From the NCBI RefSeq assembly GCF_009914755.1, contig NC_060939.1: a stretch of 64,000 nt of DNA. The stretch is one strand, 5' to 3'. The translations under genes were made by a program, and so were the position numbers. Under the pieces are notes generated by a model. That model searched no databases. It worked only from the letters and a program-made list of their open reading frames with translations, and had not been told where the DNA came from. Shown piece by piece: positions 30,275-51,928 of this stretch. This stretch comes from the human T2T-CHM13v2.0 reference genome, Homo sapiens. How positions within the stretch are numbered: position 1 is the first letter of the stretch; every line of letters starts with the position of its first letter.

Positions 30275-31195
30275 GTTTCTCTTTCTCTCTCTGTCTGTCT
30301 CTGTCTTTCTCTGTCTGTCTCTTTCTCTGTCTGTCTGTCTCCTTCTCTCTGTCTCCGTCTCTGTCTCTCTCTCTCTGTCTCTCTCTCTCTGCCTGTCTCA
30401 CTGTGTCTGTCTTCTGTCTTATTCTCTTTCTCTGTCTGTCTGTCTCTCTCTCTCCCTTCCTGTCTCTTTCTCTCTCTCTCTCTCTTTCTGTCTGTTTCTC
30501 TCTGCCTGTCTCCGTCTTTCTCTGTCTGCCTCTCTCTTTCTTTTTCTGCGTCTCTCTGTCTCTCTCTCTCTGTGCCTATCTTCTGTCTTACTCTGTTTCT
30601 CTGCCTGCCTGTCTGTCTGTCTGTCTCTCTCTCTCTCTGTCTCTCTCTCTTTCTGTCTGTTTCTCTCTGTCTCTCTGTCCATCTCTGTCTTTCTCTGTCC
30701 GTCTCTCTCTTTCTCCCTGTCTCTGTCTCTGCCTCTGCCTCTCTCTCTCTCTGTCTCTCTCTTTCTATCTGTTTCTCTCTGTCTCTCTGTCCATCTCTGT
30801 CTTTCTCTGTCTGTCTCTCTCTTTCTCCCTGTCTCTGTCTCTGCCTCTCTCTCTCTCTGTCTGTCTCTCTCACTGTGTGTGTGTCTCTGTCTCTGCCTCT
30901 CTCTCTCTCTCTCTCTCTCTCTGTCTGTCTCTCTCACTGTGTGTGTCTGTCTTCTGTCTTACTCTCCTTCTCTGCCTGTCCGTCTGTCTGTCTGTCTCTC
31001 CCTCTCTCTCCCTCCCTTTCTGTTTCTCTCTCTCTCTCTCTCTCTTTCTGTCTGTTTCTCTCTTTCTCTCTCTGTCTGTCTCTTTCTCTGTCTGTCTGTC
31101 TCTCTCTTTCTTTTTCTCTGTCTCTCTGTCTCTCTCTGTGCCTGTCTCTCTGTCTGTGCCTATCTTCTGTCTTACTCTCTTTCTCTGGCTGACTG

Positions 31196-31234
<39 letters not shown>

Positions 31235-31335
31235 GTCTCCGTCCCTCCCTCCCTGTCTGTCTGTTTCTCTCTCTGTCCATTTCTGTCTGTCTCTTTCTCT
31301 TTCTCTCTCTTTCTTTCTCTCTGTCTCTCTCTGTC

Positions 31336-31384
<49 letters not shown>

Positions 31385-31592
31385 CTCTCTCACTGTGTCG
31401 GTCTTCTGTCTTACTCTCTTTCTCTGCCTGCCTCTCTGTCTGTCTGTCTGTCTCTCTCCCTCCATGTCTCTCTCTCTCTCTCTCTCACTCACTGTCTCTC
31501 CGTCTCTCTCTCTTTCTGTCTGTTTCTCTCTGTCTCTGTCTTTCTGTGTGTCTGTCTGTCTCTCTCTCTATTTGTCTTTCTCCCTCCCTGTC

Positions 31593-31637
<45 letters not shown>

Positions 31638-31706
31638 GTCTGTTTCTCTCTATCTCTCGCTGTCCATCTCTGTCTTTCTATGTCTGTCTCTTTCTCTGTC
31701 AGTCTG
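29058..31706. repeat. CT/CTGT-rich pyrimidine block in LR1 (IGS22 region)
   Basis: Direct reading; about 22-25 kb from the TSS. Confidence 0.95.
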
Positions 31707-31962
31707 TCAGACACCCCCGTGCCGGGTAGGGCCCTGCCCCTTCCACGAAAGTGAGAAGCGCGTGCTTCGGTGCTTAGAGAGGCCGAGAGGAATCTAGACA
31801 GGCGGGCCTTGCTGGGCTTCCCCACTCGGTGTATGATTTCGGGAGGTCGAGGCCGGGTCCCCGCTTGGATGCGAGGGGCATTTTCAGACTTTTCTCTCGG
31901 TCACGTGTGGCGTCCGTACTTCTCCTATTTCCCCGATAAGCTCCTCGACTTCAACATAAACG

Positions 31963-36518
<4,556 letters not shown>

Positions 36519-36524
36519 TGTGAA

Positions 36525-36730
36525 GGCCGGACGCAACACGGCGAAACCCCGTCTCTACTAAAAATACAAAGCTGAGTCGGGAGCGGTGGGGCAGGCCCCT
36601 GTAATGCCAGCTCCTCGGGAGGCTGAGGCGGGAGAATCGCTTGAACCAGGGAAGCGGAGGCTGCAGGGAGCCGAGATCGCGCCACTGCACTACGGCCCAG
36701 GCTGTAGAGTGAGTGAGACTCGGTCTCTAA
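36525..36730 (+). mobile_element. 5'-truncated Alu abutting the LR2 end
   Basis: CAACACGGCGAAACCCCGTCTCTACTAAAAATACAAA...GAGACTCGGTCTCTAAA. Confidence 0.85.
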
Positions 36731-37922
36731 ATAAATACGGAAATTAATTAATTCATTAATTCTTTTCCCTGCTGACGGACATTTGCAGGCAGGCATCGGT
36801 TGTCTTCGGGCATCACCTAGCGGCCACTGTTATTGAAAGTCGACGTGACACGGAGGGAGGTCTCGCCGACTTCACCGAGCCTGGGGCAACGGGTTTCTCT
36901 CTCTCCCTTCTGGAGGCCCCTCCCTCTCTCCCTCGTTGCCTAGGGAACCTCGCCTAGGGAACCTCCGCCCTGGCGGGGGCCCTATTGTTCTTTGATCGGC
37001 GCTTTACTTTTCTTTGTGTTTTGGCGCCTAGACTCTTCTACTTGGGCTTTGGGAAGGGTCAGTTTAATTTTCAAGTTGCCCCCCGGCTCCCCCCACTACC
37101 CACGTCCCTTCACCTTAATTTAGTGAGTCGGTTAGGTGGGTTTCCCCCAAACCGCCCCCCCCCCCCCCGCCTCCCAACACCCTGCTTGGAAACCTTCCAG
37201 AGCCACCCCGGTGTGCCTCCGTCTTCTCTCCCCTTCCCCCACCCCTTGCCGGCGATCTCATTCTTGCCAGGCTGACATTTGCATCGGTGGGCGTCAGGCC
37301 TCACTCGGGGGCCACCGTTTTTGAAGATGGGGGCGGCACGGTCCCACTTCCCCGGAGGCAGCTTGGGCCGATGGCATAGCCCCTTGACCCGCGTGGGCAA
37401 GCGGGCGGGTCTGCAGTTGTGAGGCTTTTCCCCCCGCTGCTTCCCGCCTCAGGCCTCCCTCCCTAGGAAAGCTTCACCCTGGCTGGGTCTCGGTCACCTT
37501 TTATCACGATGTTTTAGTTTCTCCGCCCTCCGGCCAGCAGAGTTTCACAATGCGAAGGGCGCCACGGCTCTAGTCTGGGCCTTCTCAGTACTTGCCCAAA
37601 ATAGAAACGCTTTCTGAAAACTAATAACTTTGCTCACTTAAGATTTCCAGGGACGGCGCCTTGGCCCGTGTTTGTTGGCTTGTTTTGTTTCGTTCTGTTT
37701 TGTTTTGTTCGTGTTTTTCCTTTCTCGTATGTCTTTCTTTTCAGGTGAAGTAGAAATCCCCAGTTTTCAGGAAGACGTCTATTTTCCCCAAGACACGTTA
37801 GCTGCCGTTTTTTCCTGTTGTGAACTAGCGCTTTTGTGACTCTCTCAACGTGCAGTGAGAGCCGGTTGATGTTTACTATCCTTCATCATGACATCTTATT
37901 TTCTAGAAATCCGTAGGCGAAT

Positions 37923-38008
37923 GCTGCTGCTGCTCTTGTTGCTGTTGTTGTTGTTGTTGTTGTCGTCGTTGCTGTTGTCGTTGTCGTTGTTGTTGTCGTT
38001 GTCGTTGT
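37923..38008. repeat. (GCT)/(GTT)/(GTC)n trinucleotide tract
   Basis: Direct reading. Confidence 0.9.
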
Positions 38009-38092
38009 TTTCAAAGTATACCCCGGCCACCGTTTATGGGATCAAAAGCATTATAAAATATGTGTGATTATTTCTTGAGCACGCCCTTCCTC

Positions 38093-38682
38093 CCCCTCTC
38101 TCTGTCTCTCTGTCTGTCTCTGTCTCTCTCTTTCTCTGTCTGTCTTCTCTCTCTCTCTCTCTCTGTGTCTCTCTCTCTCTGCCTGTCTGTTTCTCTCTCT
38201 CTGCCTCTCTCTCTCTCTCTCTCTCTGCCTGTCTCTCTCACTGTGTCTGTCTTCTGTCTTACTCCCTTTCTCTGTCTGTCTGTCGGTCTCTCTCTCTCTC
38301 TCTCCCTGTCTGTATGTTTCTCTCTGTCTCTGTCTCTCTCTCTCTTTCTGTTTCTCTCTCTCCGTCTCTGTCTTTCTCTGACTGTCTCTCTCTTTCCTTC
38401 TCTCTGTCTCTCTCTGCCTGTCTCTCTCACTCTGTCTTCTGTCTTACTCTCTCTCTCTGCCTGCCTGTCTCTCTCACTCTCTCTCTCTGTGTGTCTCTCT
38501 CTCTCTTTCTGTTTCTCTCTGTCTCTCTGTCCGTCTCTGTCTTTCTCTGTCTGTCTCTTTGTCTGTCTGTCTTTGTCTTTCCTTCTCTCTGTCTCTGTCT
38601 CTCTCACTGTGTCTGTCTTCTGTCTTAGTCTCTCTCTCTCTCTCTCCCTGTCTGTCTGTCTCTCTCTCTCTCTCCCCCTGTC

Positions 38683-38727
<45 letters not shown>

Positions 38728-39000
38728 TTGTCTTTCTTTCTGTCTCTGTCTCTCTCTCTCTCTCTGTGTGTCTGTCTTCTGTCTTACTGTCTTTCTCTGC
38801 CTGTCTGTCTGTCTGTCTCTCTCTGTCTGTCTCTCTCTCTCTCTCCCCCCTGTCGGCTGTTTCTCTGTCTCTGTCTGTGTCTCTCTTTCTGTCTGTTTCT
38901 CTCTGTCTGTCTTTCTCTCTCTGTCTCTTTCTCTCTGTCTCTCTGTCTGTCTCTGTCTCTCTCTCTGTCTCTCTCTCTCTGTGGGGGGGTGTGTGTGTGT

Positions 39001-39037
<37 letters not shown>

Positions 39038-39288
39038 TGCCTTCTGTCTTACTCTCTTTCTCTGCCTGTCTGTCTGCCTGTCTGTTTGTCTCTCTCTCTC
39101 TGCCTGTCTCTCTCCCTTCCTGTCTGTTTCTCTCTCTTTCTGTTTCTCTCTGTCTCTGTCCATCTCTGTCTTTCTCCGTCTGTCTCTTTATCTGTCTCTC
39201 TCCGTCTGTCTCTTTATCTGTCTCTCTCTCTCTTTCTGTCTTTCTCTCTCTGTGTATCGTTGTCTCTCTCTGTCTGTCTCTGTCTCTG

Positions 39289-39321
<33 letters not shown>

Positions 39322-39380
39322 GTCTGTCTGTCCGTCTGTCTGTCTCGGTCTCTGGCTCTCGCTATCTCCCGCCCTCTCTT
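38093..39380. repeat. Third CT/CTGT-rich block with an internal (GT)n
   Basis: Direct reading. Confidence 0.93.
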
Positions 39381-40664
39381 TTTTTGCAAAAGAAGCTCAA
39401 GTACATCTAATCTAATCCCTTACCAAGGCCTGAATTCTTCACTTCTGACATCCCAGATTTGATCTCCCTACAGAATGCTGTACAGAACTGGCGAGTTGAT
39501 TTCTGGACTTGGATACCTCATAGAAACTACATATGAATAAAGATCCAATCCTAAAATCTGGGGTGGCTTCTCCCTCGACTGTCTCGAAAAATCGTACCTC
39601 TGTTCCCCTAGGATGCCGGAAGAGTTTTCTCAATGTGCATCTGCCCGTGTCCTAAGTGATCTGTGACCGAGCCCTGTCCGTCCTGTCTCAAATATGTACG
39701 TGCAAACACTTCTCTCCATTTCCACAACTACCCACGGCCCCTTGTGGAACCACTGGCTCTTTGAAAAAAATCCCAGAAGTGGTTTTGGCTTTTTGGCTAG
39801 GAGGCCTAAGCCTGCTGAGAACTTTCCTGCCCAGGATCCTGTGTGACCAAAAGTGCCTCTGCTGGGAGCTGGGATCCTCGGGACCATGCTTGCTAGCGCT
39901 GGATGAGTCTCTGGAAGGACGCACGGGACTCCGCAAAGCTGACCTGTCCCACCGAGGTCAAATGGATACCTCTGCATTGGCCCGAGGCCTCCGAAGTACA
40001 TCACCGTCACCAACCGTCACCGTCAGCATCCTTGTGAGCCTGCCCAAGGCCCCGCCTCCGGGGAGACTCTTGGGAGCCCGGCCTTCGTCGGCTAAAGTCC
40101 AAAGGGATGGTGACTTCCACCCACAAGGTCCCCACTGAACGGCGAAGATGTGGAGCGTAGGTCAGAGAGGGGACCAGGAGGGGAGACGTCCCGACAGGCG
40201 ACGAGTTCCCAAGGCTCTGGCCACCCCACCCACGCCCCACGCCCCACGTCCCGGGCACCCGCGGGACACCGCCGCTTTATCCCCTCCTCTGTCCACAGCC
40301 GGCCCCACCCCACCACGCAACCCACGCACACACGCTGGAGGTTCCAAAACCACACGGTGTGACTAGAGCCTGACGGAGCGAGAGCCCATTTCACGAGGTG
40401 GGAGGGGTGGGGGTGGGGTGGGTTGGGGGTTGTGGGGTCTGTGGCGAGCCCGATTCTCCCTCTTGGGTGGCTACAGGCTAGAAATGAATATCGCTTCTTG
40501 GGCGGAGGGGCTTCCTTAGGCCATCACCGCTTGCGGGACTACCTCTCAAACCCTCCCTTGAGGCCACAAAATAGATTCCACCCCACCCATCGACGTTTCC
40601 CCCGGGTGCTGGATGTATCCTGTCAAGAGACCTGAGCCTGACACCGTCGAATTAAACACCTTGA

Positions 40665-40872
<208 letters not shown>

Positions 40873-41689
40873 TCTTTCATTGGTTTTCACTGGAGATTCT
40901 AGATTCGAGCCACACCTCATTCCGTGCCACAGAGAGACTTCTTTTTTTTTTTTTTTTTAAGCGCAACGCAACATGTCTGCCTTATTTGAGTGGCTTCCTA
41001 TATCATTATAATTGTGTTATAGATGAAGAAACGGTATTAAACACTGTGCTAATGATAGTGAAAGTGAAGACAAAAGAAAGGCTATCTATTTTGTGGTTAG
41101 AATAAAGTTGCTCAGTATTTAGAGCTACCTAAATACGTCAGCATTTACACTCTTCCTAGTAAAAGCTGGCCAATCTGAATAATCCTCCTTTAAACAAACA
41201 CAATTTTTGATAGGGTTAAGATTTTTTTAAGAATGCGACTCCTGCAAAATAGCTGAACAGACGATACACATTTAAAAAAATAACAACACAAGGATCAACC
41301 AGACTTGGGAAAAAATCGAAAACCACACAAGTCTTATGAAGAACTGAGTTCTTAAAATAGGACGGAGAACGTAGCTATCGGAAGAGAAGGCAGTATTGGC
41401 AAGTTGATTGTTACGTTGGTCAGCAGTAGCTGGCACTATCTTTTTGGCCATCTTTCGGGCAATGTAACTACTACAGCAAAATGAGATATGATCCATGAAA
41501 CAACATATTCGCAAATCAAAAAGTGTTTCAGTAATATAATGCTTCAGATTTAGAAGCAAATCAAATGATAGAACTCCACTGCTGTAATAAGTCACCCCAA
41601 AGATCACCGTATCTGACAAAATAACTACCACAGGGTTATGACTTCAGAATCATACTTTCTCTTGATATTTACTTATGTATGTATTTATT

Positions 41690-41990
41690 TTTTTTAATTT
41701 ATTTCTCTTGAGACGGCGTCTCGCTCTGTCGCCCAGGCTGGAGTGCGATGGTGTGATCTCGGCTCACTGCAACCGCCACCTCCCTGGGTTCAAGCGATTC
41801 TCCTGCCTCAGCCTCCCGAGTAGCTGGGACTACAGGTGCCCGCCACCACGCCCAGCTAATCTTTATACTTTTAATAGAGACGGGGTTTCACCGTGTCGGC
41901 CCGGATGGTCTCGATCTCTTGACCTCGTGACCCGCCCGCCTCGGCCTCCCAAAGTGCTGGGATGACAGGCGTGAGCCACTGAGCCCGGCC
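41690..41990 (-). mobile_element. Alu with target-site duplication
   Basis: Full Alu; TSD TTCTCTTGATATTTA (41657-41671) / TTCTCTTGACGTTTA (41991-42005). Confidence 0.9.
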
Positions 41991-42682
41991 TTCTCTTGAC
42001 GTTTAAACTATGAAGTCAGTCCAGAGAAACGCAATAAATGTCAACGGTGAGGATGGTGTTGAGGCAGAAGTAGGACCACACTTTTTCCTATCTTATTCAG
42101 TTGATAACAATATGACCTAGGTAGTAATTTCCTATGTGCCTACTTATACACGAGTACAAAAGAGTAAAACAGAGAGACTGCTAAATTAAAGGGTACGTGA
42201 AGTTCTTCATAGTAACTCCGTAAACTGGAACACTGTCAAAAAGCAGCAGCTAGTGAATTGTTTCCATGTATTTTTCTATTATCCAATAAGTGAACTATGC
42301 TATTCCTTTCCAGTCTCCCAAGCACTTCTTGTCCCCATCACCACTTCGGTGCTCGAAGAAAAAGTAACAAATCAAGGAACACAACTAAAGAAACACACAC
42401 ACAAACCAAAGACAACTACAGCGTCTGCAAAAGTTTGCTAGAAGACTGAAACTGTTGAGTATAAGGATCTGGTATTCTACGATGATCATGAGTTCACTTC
42501 AGAGTTTGTTCAAGACATACGTTTCGTAAGGAAACATCTTAGTTAGAAGTTATTCAGCAGTAGGTACCATCCCTAAGTATTTTTCACCAAATTCGTGACA
42601 ATAAAGAGCTATCTAACCAGAAAAATTAGCGAGTACCGGCACCATCCATAGGGCTTTGTCTTTACGCTTCATTAGCACTTAC

Positions 42683-44739
42683 CATGCCTTACAATGTCTA
42701 GGATTGACCCTGATAGCATTTCGAAAACAAGCTAATGCTTTGTCCAGTTCTTCAGTGAAGACAAGCTCACGCCCTAATGCGCTATAGGCATAAGCATCAT
42801 TTGGATCCACTTCGAGAGTTCTCTGGAAGAATTGAATCGCAATATCGTGTTCCCGTTGCAGACCGAAACAGTTCCCTGCAGCACACCAGGCCTCTGGCTG
42901 GCGAATTTTTATCCATGTCTGTGAAGTCTTTGGACAGAACTGAAAGAGCAACCTCTTTCGGAGGATGCCAAAGTGTTGTAGAGTAGATCTCCATGCCTTC
43001 GACTCTGTAATTCTCAATCCTCCTAACCTCTGAGAATTGTCTTTCAGCTTGCGTGGACTCTGAAAGTTTACAATAGGCCCTTCCGATTTGGCACAGTACC
43101 CAACCGGTATTGCAGTGGTGAGAAGCTAGATGGCTCAAGATGCTGATAGCTTCTTTGCCGTGGTAAGAACACAAAGCTAAATAACCTTTCCCCCTTTCAC
43201 GAAGAAGGCTCATCAAGCCTTCCGCTGCTGCTTTTTGTAGATTAAAAGCCTGAATCTGAGGCGCGATTGCGGCTATTTTCCCTTCTGAAATGACGGAAGA
43301 GTCCAATTTTGTCACTTCCAGGCTATCACTTATGTTCGGTGGAGTTATTGCTCCTTTATTAGTTTTACTTTTGGTTCTTCTGTTTGGGATTTTAGGTGGA
43401 AACTTCATTTTTAATTTTCTCCTATTCTCCTCGGTTGTGGAGCTGTCACTAGTCAAGAGTCGTGAATTTCTTCGAGGCGGTGCATTTGGGGGAGATGCCA
43501 TAGTGGGGCTCAATACCTGAGGTGTTGCCCTTGTCGGCGGACCAGAACTTTGTGTTTTTGCAAGGACTGGAGTTACCTTTCGGCTCTTTCCCCTCTGCGA
43601 GAAGACAGACGGTGTTCCGGTTTGGCCGATTCTGGCAACAGGCTTTTTTGAAGGGGCTCCGGTGGATGGCACGTCAATGACAGACGGTGTCTCATACCAG
43701 TGCAGTTTTGTCAATAGGGTCCGTCTCCGGGACTTGGGGTTTCTAATGGCAAAATGCCAACACTTGGGGTTAATGGACTAACAGCTGCTGGTCCTCCTAA
43801 TAAACTTCGACCAGTTTTTGGTTTATGTTGAACCTGTTTAGATCATATGGAAGTTCCTGTTCCCAGTGGGACAGTATCAGGTGAAAGGACAGCTGAATCG
43901 ATAGAAGACACTGGGGAGTCTGTATTCAAGGAGTACTTTGAATTGGAAGATTCTAAATTCCATCCGTTTCATTCGACGGTGTCCTGGGGTGTTTCCGTAA
44001 GAACGGTCTCGGGCTGTCTGTGACATAAACTAGGACGAGGTCCAAGTGTTGTGGCGCAACACTTGGACAGGCAGTTGCTAAAGCTCTCTAGAGAGGTGAA
44101 TCAAAATGTTTGGTCAGGATCTGGCTTTTCCCCCCTATTTCACATCATGATTCAAAGGGACACCAGAGGAAAGGATTTCAACGAAGGCTCTTTTGGTCAC
44201 ATTCTGATCCTTTGGTAAGCCGATCTGTCTTGCAATATACATGTCCCGACGATGGAAGGGGAAAGCGAGCTGAATCACCAAACTCAGGAACGATAATATC
44301 ATCGTGGCTTTTCTGCTTATGAAACACTCCACCCGATAAGATTTGATCCCCTTCTGCAAGCTTGCTGAGATCAACACAACATTTCGCAAGCAGGCATTTG
44401 CATTGCGGGGTAGTACAACTGTGTCCTTTCAAGAGTCTATATGTTTTATAGGCCTTTCCTGAGCGGTAAGAACAGGTCGCCAGTAAGAACAAGGCTTCTT
44501 CTGAGTGTACTTCTGCATAAAGGCGTTCTGCGGGGGAAACCGCATCTCGGTAGGCATAGTGGTTTAGTGCTTGCCATATAGCAGCCTGGACGGGTCCCTG
44601 CAGCACCGCCATCCTCGAGGCTCAGGCCCACTTTCTGCAGTGCCACAGGCACCCCCCCCCCCATAGCGGCTCCGGCCCGGCCAGCCCCGGCTCATTTAAA
44701 GGCACCAGCCGCCGTTACCGGGGGATGGGGGAGTCCGAG
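42683..44739 (-). pseudogene. CDC27P: CDC27 (APC3) retropseudogene: 5'UTR plus spliced coding exons up to ...NPRHCKAW, with a stop and frameshifts
   Basis: ORFs 44178-44612 (MAVLQGPVQAAIWQALNHYAYRDAV...), 42797-43714 (KMKFPPKIPNR...RVEGMEIYSTTLWH) and 42679-43017 (EAWCAAGNCF...ELDKALACFRNAIRVNPRH) match human CDC27 with no introns. Confidence 0.95.
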
Positions 44740-45264
44740 ACAGAATGACTTCTTTATCCTGCTGACTCTGGAAAGCCCGGCGCCTTGTGATCCATTGCAA
44801 ACCGAGAGTCACCTCGTGTTTAGAACACGGATCCACTCCCAAGTTCAGTGGGGGGATGTGAGGGGTGTGGCAGGTAGGACGAAGGACTCTCTTCCTTCTG
44901 ATTCGGTCTGCACAGTGGGGCCTAGGGCTGGAGCTCTCTCCGTGCGGACCGCTGACTCCCTCTACCTTGGGTTCCCTCGGCCCCACCCTGGAACGCCGGG
45001 CCTTGGCAGATTCTGGCCCTTCCTGGCCCTTCAGTCGCTGTCAGAAACCCCATCTCATGCTCGGATGCCCCGAGTGACTGTGGCTCGCACCTCTCCGGAA
45101 ACATTGGAAATCTCTCCTCTACGCGCGGCCACCTGAAACCACAGGAGCTCGGGACACACGTGCTTTCGGGAGAGAATGCTGAGAGTCTCTTGCCGACTCT
45201 CTCTTGACTTGAGTTCTTCGTGGGTGCGTGGTTAAGACGTAGTGAGACCAGATGTATTAACTCA

Positions 45265-49927
<4,663 letters not shown>

Positions 49928-51754
49928 TGTTGACTCATTTCGCTTTTTTATTTCTTTCGTTTCCACGCGTTTACTTATATGTATTAATGTAAACGTTTCT
50001 GTACGCTTATATGCAAACAACGACAACGTGTATCTCTGCGTTGAATACTCTTGCGTATGGTAAATACGTATCGGTTGTATGGAAATAGACTTCTGTATGA
50101 TAGATGTAGGTGTTTGTGTTATACAAATAAATACACATCGCTCTATAAAGAAGGGATCGTCGATAAAGACGTTTATTTTACGTATGAAAAGCGTCGTATT
50201 TATGTGTGTAAATGAACGAGCGTACGTAGTTATCTCTGTTTTCTTTCTTCCTCTCCTTCGTGTTTTTCTTCCTTCCTTTCTTCCTTTCTCTCCTTCTTTA
50301 GGTTTTTCTTCCTCTCTTCCTTTCCTTCTTTCTCTCTTTCTGTCCTTTTTTCCTTCGTGCTTTATTTCTCTTTCGTTCCCTGTGTTTCCTTCTTTTTTCT
50401 TTCCTCTCTGTTTCTTTTTCCCTTCTTTCCTTCGTTTCTTTCCTCATTCTTTCTCTCTTTTTCGTGTTTCTTTCCTTTCCGTCTGTCTTTTAAAAAATGG
50501 AGTGTTTCAGAAGTTTACTTTGTGTATCTACGTTTTCTAAATTGTCTCTCTTTTCTCCATTTTCTTCCTCCCTCCCTCCCTCCCTCCCTCCCTGCTCCCT
50601 TCCCTCCCTCCTTCCCTTTCGCCATCTGTCTCTTTTCCCCACTCCCCTCCCCCCGTCTGTCTCTGCGTGGATTCCGGAAGAGCCTACGCATTCTGCCTCT
50701 CCGTGTGTCTGCAGCGACCCGCGACCGAGTCCTTGTGTGTTCTTTCTCCCTCCCTCCCTCCCTCCCTCCCTCCCTCCCTCCCTGCTTCCGAGAGGCATCT
50801 CCAAACACCCACGCGCCGTGGGTTGTCTTCTGACTCTGTCGCGGTCGAGGCAGAGACGCGTTTTGGGCACCGTTTGTGTGGGGTTGGGGCAGAGGGGCTG
50901 CGTTTTCGGCCTCGGGAAGAGCTTCTCGACTCACGGTTTCGCTTTCGCGGTCCACGGGCCGCCCTGCCAGCCGGATCTGTCTCGCTGACGTCCGCGGCGG
51001 TTGTCGGGCTCCATCTGGCGGCCGCTTTGAGATCGTGCTCTCGGCTTCCGGAGCTGCGGTGGCAGCTGCCGAGGGAGGGGACCGTCCCCGCTGTGAGCTA
51101 GGCAGAGCTCCGGAAAGCCCGCGGTCGTCAGCCCGGCTGGCCCGGTGGCGCCAGAGCTGTGGCGCGTCGCTTGTGAGTCACAGCTCTGGCGTGCAGGTTT
51201 ATGTGGGGGAGAGGCTGTCGCTGCGCTTCTGGGCCCGCGGCGGGCGTGGGGCTGCCCGGGCCGGTCGACCAGCGCGCCGTAGCTCCCGAGGCCCGAGCCG
51301 CGACCCGCGGGGACCCGCCGCGCGTGGCGCGGGAGGCTGGGGACGCCCTTCCCGGCCCGGTCGCGGGTCCGCGCTCATCCTGGCCGTCTGAGGCGGCGGC
51401 CGAATTCGTTTCCGAGTCCCCGTGGGGAGCCGGGGACCGTCCCGCCCCCGTCCCCCGGGTGCCGGGGAGCGGTCCCCGGGCCGGGCCGCGGTCCCTCTGC
51501 CGCGATCCTTTCTGGCGAGTCCCCGTGCGGAGTCGGAGAGCGCTCCCTGAGCGCGCGTGCGGCCCGAGAGGTCGCGCCTGGCCGGCCTTCGGTCCCTCGT
51601 GTGTCCCGGTCGTAGGAGGGGCCGGCCGAAAATGCTTCCGGCTCCCGCTCTGGAGACACGGGCCGGCCCCCTGCGTGTGGCACGGGCGGCCGGGAGGGCG
51701 TCCCCGGCCCGGCGCTGCTCCCGCGTGTGTCCTGGGGTTGACCAGAGGGCCCCG

Positions 51755-51928
51755 GGCGCTCCGTGTGTGGCTGCGATGGTGGCGTTTTTGGGGACAGGTG
51801 TCCGTGTCGCGCGTCGCCTGGGCCGGCGGCGTGGTCGGTGACGCGACCTCCCGGCCCCGGGGGAGGTATATCTTTCGCTCCGAGTCGGCATTTTGGGCCG
51901 CCGGGTTATTGCTGACACGCTGTCCTCT
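51755..51928 (+). promoter_or_regulatory. Pol I promoter, copy 2; TSS at 51911
   Basis: Same core promoter sequence; GCTGACACGC at 51911. Confidence 0.95.

Noticed and set aside
41272-41631. 119-aa hydrophobic ORF on the - strand
   Set aside because: Non-ATG start in AT-rich, probably intron-derived DNA, with no recognisable homology
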